A stretch of 64,000 nt of DNA from Dehalococcoidia bacterium (lineage in GTDB: Bacteria; Chloroflexota; Dehalococcoidia; Lucifugimonadales; UBA3495), in assembly GCA_030740155.1 (NCBI GenBank), contig JASLXV010000008.1:32001-96000 (forward strand), in the 5' to 3' direction. A program made the translations under genes and the position numbers. Below, in pieces: positions 58,777-64,000 of this stretch (position 1 is the first letter of the stretch; every line of letters begins with the position of its first letter). The notes beneath the pieces are model-generated. The model had not been told where the DNA came from and searched no databases. It was given only the letters and a program-made list of their open reading frames with translations.

Positions 58777-59619
58777 CTAGCTCTCAAACCTCAAGAGCTT
58801 GGGTGACGTTTCGTAGAGAATCTTGTTCTTGGTCTCAGGTTTCAGGGGAACCTCGCCGAACTCCTCGATATTTTGCTTCGGAGTGCTGAAGGGGTGGCCA
58901 AGCCCGTATACCGTGCGATCTGGGAACATGGAGTCGATGTACCGGATCCACTCCGGGTGAATGTACTTGTGCCGGAAGCTGGAGATCTCCATATACATGT
59001 TGGGGTGACGCATCATCACGGCAGCGATCTCCCAGATCCAAGGGAAAAGGGCGTGACGCAGGACGATCTTTAAGTCGGGAAAATCGACGGCCACCTGGTC
59101 CACCCGGTAGGGGCTCTGCACGTCCAAAGGGACGCGGTTGTTATAGTGGACGGAACAGGCAACGAAGACGGGAATGTCCAGGTCGCAGGCCCTGGTGTAA
59201 AGGGGATAGTGCCTCCGGTCATCGATGGGCACGCCGGATTCCATGGGTTGAAGGTACAGGGCCCGGAAATCGTACTCCTTAACGTCCCGTTCCAAGTCCT
59301 TGACCGCGTCATACCCTTTGTTCGGGTCAGCCCCTGAAAACCCGATGAACACGTCTGGGTACTCCGCTACCAGGTCGCGGACCCAGGAGGCGGGGGTGGA
59401 CGTCCCGTAAAGAACGTCGTTGTCCAGGGCCGGGACCGCGACCAGCATGTTGGCTTCGCGCAGCTCCCGGACTGTGTCCTCCAGGGGGCGCGGCTTGAAA
59501 TCGACTTTGAATATTTTCTGGTAGCTCAACCCCACTGGATTGAGCTTGGGGTACCCGTAGAATCCGTTGAGGGTCTCTGGGGTAAAGATCTGCATCATCC
59601 AGCAAATAATCTTCGGCAT
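58777..59619 (-). CDS. Amidohydrolase family 2 (metal-dependent hydrolase), degenerate metal ligands
   Basis: YPDVFIGF-GADP, YPLY-xxA-DLDIPV, DFPDLKIVLRH, HPNMYMEIS and KILYE. Confidence 0.8.
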   Translation of the reverse strand: MPKIICWMMQIFTPETLNGFYGYPKLNPVGLSYQKIFKVDFKPRPLEDTVRELREANMLVAVPALDNDVLYGTSTPASWVRDLVAEYPDVFIGFSGADPNKGYDAVKDLERDVKEYDFRALYLQPMESGVPIDDRRHYPLYTRACDLDIPVFVACSVHYNNRVPLDVQSPYRVDQVAVDFPDLKIVLRHALFPWIWEIAAVMMRHPNMYMEISSFRHKYIHPEWIRYIDSMFPDRTVYGLGHPFSTPKQNIEEFGEVPLKPETKNKILYETSPKLLRFES

Positions 59620-59809
59620 AGCCCCTCATGGCCTCCCTCTAAAGCTGAATCGCGCCAGCATTCTACCACGGGCCGCTATCGGGGGAGCCTCTTATCGCCG
59701 GTAGAGCGCCTTCCCGGATCGGCGCTGGGAACCCGGGAAACCGAAGATGAACCCGGCGGCCGCCCGCAGCAGAGGCGATGGCCCCGGAAGCAGGACCCGC
59801 AGGCGACAA

Positions 59810-60000
59810 GTGCTCAGCCAACTTAATGATAATAACTATCATTCTGGCTGAGACTCGTCATTCAGAGGAGCGGTGCGACGAAGAATCTCAGCGTAACGCC
59901 GAGATTCTTCGCTTCAGTCTAGAATGACAACGGTCTTGCCTCGTCTCCAGGGGTCAATATACAAGAATGACATCTTGCAAGAACCAAGCTTACTGAGCAC
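59810..60000. mobile_element. MITE-like element with GTGCTCAG/CTGAGCAC ends enclosing a REP-like doublet
   Basis: 8-bp terminal inverted repeats. Internal GTCATTCAGAGGAGCGGTGCGACGAAGAATCTC...GAGATTCTTCGCTTCAGTCTAGAATGAC. Confidence 0.6.
59825..59843. promoter_or_regulatory. Fur-box-like palindrome
   Basis: AATGATAATAACTATCATT; the core TGATAATAACTATCA has one mismatch to the 7-1-7 consensus TGATAATNATTATCA. Confidence 0.45.
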
Positions 60001-60044
60001 CAGGGCTTCTTTTCGGTAATTGGCGTTGCCCGCACCGAATGTGG

Positions 60045-60087
60045 TGGGCTTGTCGAACCACCATTCCTAAGCCGTTCGACAAGCTCA
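60045..60087. repeat. REP-like inverted repeat
   Basis: TGGGCTTGTCGAAC / GTTCGACAAGCTCA, 14-bp arms with one mismatch. Confidence 0.65.
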
Positions 60088-60144
60088 GCTCAAGACAAAC
60101 GGATGACCCTAGATGACCCTAAAGGTTATTTCCGAAACCAGGCG

Positions 60145-60975
60145 CTAGGTGCCGTCCGGTGTGGCGTTTACCATTCCGTCAAGCCTCTCGTGCAATAACT
60201 TGGCGGTAGTCTGCCGGGCGTTCTTTTTCCGCTTCATGCTCCAGCCGTGGGGGCAGACGTGGACGCAGATGCCGCACACGCTCGCGCCATGGGTCTTCTC
60301 CCGCCTCCGCAGATACTGCTGGCACTTCCGCGTGTCGAAGCGGACCTCCACCGGGTCTTCGGGGTTGAACTTGATGCCGGTGAACGCTTGCACCGGGCAG
60401 AGGTCGACGCATAGGTTGCAATTCTTGCAGCGGTCCACGATGGCCGGCGCGCCACCGGCGTATTTAAGCGGGGCATCAGTGAGTATGGTGACCCACCGGA
60501 CCCGCGGCCCATGGGCTTTCGTGATGAGCAGGCAGTTCTTACCGATCCATCCGTGCCCCGCAAAATTGGCGACCAATTTGTGGGAAATGAGGCCTCTTCT
60601 CCGCACGTCATCGTAATATCCGCTTGAAGGTACCGGAATAGCCCGGTAGCCACTCCCCTCAAGAGTGAAAGCCAACCCTTCGGCCATCCGGTCCAGGTGC
60701 CCGCCTACCGCGGAGTAAATGTGGTGCTGGTAGGTGCGAGCGACGATATTGTTATGGTGTTGGTATAGCTGGTCCACCACGCCGTCAACCAGCGCTACTC
60801 CCAGGGAGATCGCCACGGGGTATTCGGAGAGGAAGTCGCCTCCCTGGTCGGTTACGAACGTCTTTGCCGGGGTCAGGTCGGCGACGCCGAAGTAGCTCGC
60901 CCCCAACGAGATTGCCTTCTCCCGCAGTTGGGCCACCAGAGTTTCGTCCGGAGCGGTTATTCTTGCAGCAGTCAC
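60145..60975 (-). CDS. Epoxyqueuosine reductase / reductive dehalogenase-like 2x[4Fe-4S] protein
   Basis: [53 protein letters not shown] and [14 protein letters not shown] SD before GTG 60975. Confidence 0.85.
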   Translation of the reverse strand: [276 protein letters not shown]

Positions 60976-61248
60976 ATTGCCCTCCGACTCAAGGAAGATC
61001 ATCCCGAGGTCACGGCAAGATCGTACCACAGTTCCGCTGCCGGGAGCGGGGTTGACTTCCGTTTGCTGTGTCTGGATATAATAATTGTGTTGACCGTAGG
61101 CGATCACCCTGCGCCGGCGCCCTCGAATATTCTCAGGCGCGGCAAGGGAAACGGTTATTGGAGCCAAGCTTCCCCGCGAACTTGATCTGGCTATACGAGC
61201 TGTACGAGAGGCTAATTCTTGACGCTGCCCCACGGTTTGGAGCGGACC

Positions 61249-62361
61249 ATGTTGGATCCCCGGCGGGTGAACATCGACCGGGACCCGGTAGTCGTTTTTT
61301 GGGAAATGACCCTGGCCTGCGCCTTGGCGTGCCGCCATTGCCGGGCCCTGGCGCAACCCAAGCGCAGCCCACTGGAACTGTCCGCATCGGAGTGTATCCG
61401 GGTACTGGAGGATCTGACCTCATTCGACCATGCGCCGATCGTGGTCCTTTCGGGTGGCGACCCGTTCATGAGAAGGGACCTTTTTGACCTGGTGGAACAC
61501 GGTATCGGCCTGGGACTCACCATGTCCGTCGCCCCCGCCGCGACCGCTTTGGCCACTCGCCAGCGGTTCCAACGGCTGAAGGACCTGGGCGTGTCCCGCC
61601 TCTCGTTGAGCCTGGACGGCTCGGCCGCCGCCGCCCACGACAGCTTTCGAGGCGTGGAGGGCTCTTTTAATCTGACCCGGAAGGCGATGTCGAACGCGCG
61701 GGCCGCGGGAATGGCCTTCCAGGTCAACACCACCGTGACCCGTCAGACCGTGGAAGACCTTCCGGCCATCGCGGAGTTGGTGGCGTCGTCGGGAGCGATG
61801 CTATGGGACCTGTTCTTTCTCGTACCCACGGGGCGTGCCGCCGCCGAGGACACCATCTCACCGGAAGAACACGAACGTGTCTTCGGCTGGCTCTGCGGTC
61901 TCGCGGAACAGGTGCCGTTCTCGCTCAAGACGACCCTGGGGCAGCACTTTAGGCGAGTACAGGTGCTAAAGCGCCTGGCGAGCGAGGGTCGAGGCTTGGA
62001 CGGACTATCTCCGGACCAGGTGCGCGAGTTGTACCGGGGCGTGCCCAGCAACGACGGTAAAGGTATCCTGTTCATCTCTCACCGGGGCGAGGTATGCCCC
62101 AGCGGCTTTCTGCCCATCTCGGCCGGCAACGTGCGGCGCGATTCGGTGGTGAGCCGATACCGCGACTCCCCACTCTTCCGTTCCCTGAGAGACCCTTCCG
62201 CGCTGCAAGGCAAGTGTGGCCGCTGCCCTTTCAACGTGATCTGCGGCGGGTGCCGGGCGCGGGCCTACGCCACGACCGGCGATCCCCTGGCGGCCGAGCC
62301 TTACTGCGTCTTCCAGCCCGGCGAAGCGGAATCCCACGCCGCCCAAACAACGGAGCGCTGA
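61249..62361 (+). CDS. Radical SAM/SPASM protein, AhbD/NirJ-like
   Basis: VFWEMTLACALACRHCRA, SGGDP, SLDG, FFLVPTGRA, PSGFLP and KCGRC-xxxICGGCRARAY-GD-xxxEPYC. Confidence 0.9.
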   Translation: MLDPRRVNIDRDPVVVFWEMTLACALACRHCRALAQPKRSPLELSASECIRVLEDLTSFDHAPIVVLSGGDPFMRRDLFDLVEHGIGLGLTMSVAPAATALATRQRFQRLKDLGVSRLSLSLDGSAAAAHDSFRGVEGSFNLTRKAMSNARAAGMAFQVNTTVTRQTVEDLPAIAELVASSGAMLWDLFFLVPTGRAAAEDTISPEEHERVFGWLCGLAEQVPFSLKTTLGQHFRRVQVLKRLASEGRGLDGLSPDQVRELYRGVPSNDGKGILFISHRGEVCPSGFLPISAGNVRRDSVVSRYRDSPLFRSLRDPSALQGKCGRCPFNVICGGCRARAYATTGDPLAAEPYCVFQPGEAESHAAQTTER

Positions 62362-62397
62362 GCCGAAGTCCTCGGTTTTTTTACCCCCGGCGTACGA

Positions 62398-62529
62398 CTA
62401 CCCAGCCGAACTCATTGCTAGGAGTTGGCATTGCGAACGGAGCGAGGAACCTGAGCGTAACAATGAGATTCCTCGTAGCTCCACCCCGCGACTTGACCTC
62501 CTGTAGGAATCAAGTCAACTGAGTTCTAG
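62398..62529. mobile_element. Second, shorter copy of the 59810-60000 MITE/REP family
   Basis: Core GCGAGGAACCTGAGCGTAACAATGAGATTCCTCGT resembles CGAAGAATCTCAGCGTAACGCCGAGATTCTTCG. The right ends are similar, and this copy ends at the CTAG of the fdh stop. Confidence 0.5.
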
Positions 62530-63581
62530 GCCGCATAGATGTAGCTGTAGCTGGGGCTTGTAACCTTGCCGCCATCCACGATGAGGCAGTCCCGGTCGAT
62601 CGGTTGCCCATCGAAGAAGTTTTTCAGGCAGTCGTAGATTCCATCCGCATAGCGCTTTTGCGCCTCCAATGAGGTTCCGGAAACATGGGGCGTCATAGCG
62701 TGATTTCGCATCTTCCGCCACGGATGGTCGGCCGGCGCCGGCTGGGGATACCATACGTCACCCGCATATCCGGCCAAATGGTCTTTCTCCATCACTTCTA
62801 CGAGTGCATCCGTGTCGACAATCCGGCCCCGAGCCGTGTTGACCAAGTGGGCTCCCTTCTTCATGCCATAAAGCCGGTCACGGTCGAACAGCCCTTGAGT
62901 CGCCGGGGTGAGCGGGATATTGATACTTACCACGTCGCACGAACGGACGAGGGTATCAAACTGGGAGTAGCGGGCGCCAAGAACTTGCTCCTCGGCGGTG
63001 CTCAATCGTCGAGAATCGAAGTAGTAGGTGTGAACATCGAAGGGTTTCAGCCGGGCGGCCACTCGCTGCCCAATCCGTCCCGTGCCGACAATGCCGACGG
63101 TCTTGTCTTCTAGGTCGTGGGATTTCCCGGCGATCTTGCCGATGTCCCAGCCACCTTCGATCACTTCGTGATAGGCGGGGACGTAGTCGCGAACCAGGAT
63201 CAACATCTGCATCACGACGTGCTCGGCTACACTGACGACGTTGCTGCCGGTAACCTCGGCAACGGTGATGTTCCGCTCCGCGGCCGCCGCCAGGTCGAAG
63301 TGGTCGGACCCGACTCCCGCCGTTAGAAGGAGCCGGATGTTTGGCGCTCGTTCAATCCTTTCGCTGGTGATGTAGGCAGGCCAGAATGGAGTGGCGATCA
63401 GGATATCCACATCATGTAGATGCTGCTCCAACTCAGATTCCGGGTCAGTTAGCGCGACAAGCTCGTGTCCGCGAGCCTCCACCATCTCGCGAAGTCCAAG
63501 CGCGTTTTCCGCGCAGCCGAGCAGTTCATGGTTTTCCTTCGCCGCGGAACCGCCTGGGTAAAGAACGGCAACGATTTTCAT
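62526..63581 (-). CDS. fdh: NAD-dependent formate dehydrogenase
   Basis: MKIVAVLYPGG, LLGCAENALGLR, TPFWPAY, TAGVGSDH, GSNVVSVAEH, GYAGDVWYPQPAP-DHPWR and AMTPHVSG. Confidence 0.95.
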   Translation of the reverse strand: MKIVAVLYPGGSAAKENHELLGCAENALGLREMVEARGHELVALTDPESELEQHLHDVDILIATPFWPAYITSERIERAPNIRLLLTAGVGSDHFDLAAAAERNITVAEVTGSNVVSVAEHVVMQMLILVRDYVPAYHEVIEGGWDIGKIAGKSHDLEDKTVGIVGTGRIGQRVAARLKPFDVHTYYFDSRRLSTAEEQVLGARYSQFDTLVRSCDVVSINIPLTPATQGLFDRDRLYGMKKGAHLVNTARGRIVDTDALVEVMEKDHLAGYAGDVWYPQPAPADHPWRKMRNHAMTPHVSGTSLEAQKRYADGIYDCLKNFFDGQPIDRDCLIVDGGKVTSPSYSYIYAA

Positions 63582-64000
63582 GGTCTACTCCTCCTTACAG
63601 GTTCAAATCTCGCTTCGGGTTTGTATCGTCCGGTCGTCCCGGTTTTGAATGAAGGGTTTAAGGTGCCTGCGTTGAATCCGGCTGGGCCTTGGCGTCGTCG
63701 GCTTCCCTCCGGGGAATTTAGCTCTTGCGCCAAGGCCTGCAAAGGTTAGATGCACGCGGGGGACAAAGGGTGGCATGAATATGATTCGAATCTGTAAGCT
63801 AGAGGCTTGATCGCGATGGAGTGATGGGTACGTGAGCGTACGGGTACTGAGAGTGGGACCGCGAAAAGCCGCTGCCCAAGTTTTGGCCGCTGCCAACTGG
63901 GTTTCCCATTCGAGACCGATCGCCACCAGAGCCCGCGACCGGCAGTGACTCCGGCCCAAAGTGCCAGGCGCATCAGGCCCCGATCATGCGAAGTTGCCGG

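Noticed and set aside
1..64000. CRISPR array, prophage, integrase, transposase or rRNA
   Set aside because: No regularly spaced repeat-spacer array or recognisable motifs for these were seen by eye.

Overview
A GC-rich bacterial chromosomal window. Gene content points by inference to Chloroflexota, probably Dehalococcoidia/SAR202-like: three LLM flavin/F420 oxidoreductases, an enolase-superfamily dehydratase, a PAC2 protein and HspR-GrpE-DnaK. About 1-25 kb is mostly housekeeping: alaS (partial), ruvX, two plsY paralogs, a TPR protein, recA-recX, rny-ymdB-PHP, dnaJ-prmA, an atypical kinase/PP2C pair, an ino1/PimA-like/PI(P)-synthase lipid operon, ribH and MoxR-DUF58-DUF4129. About 25-64 kb mixes core genes (tRNA-Gln, suhB, trpS, dnaK) with catabolic and redox accessory genes. 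It also holds four decayed loci and several small non-autonomous palindromic elements. The most notable signals: (1) a glutaredoxin-like gene upstream of recA whose apparent stop reads UGA-GAA-TTC-TAG followed by a SECIS-like hairpin, i.e. a probable UXX-star selenoprotein truncated in the ORF track; (2) a Tes/TrsS-like multi-cluster radical SAM enzyme adjacent to a Cys-Cys methyltransferase, function unknown; (3) a divergent DLRxxN kinase paired with a PP2C phosphatase; (4) an actinobacterial-type phosphatidylinositol-mannoside-like operon; (5) MITE/REP composite elements, several abutting CTAG stop codons and one carrying a near-perfect Fur box. No CRISPR array, integrase, transposase or rRNA was seen. 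All family assignments are by-eye motif recognition, not database searches.
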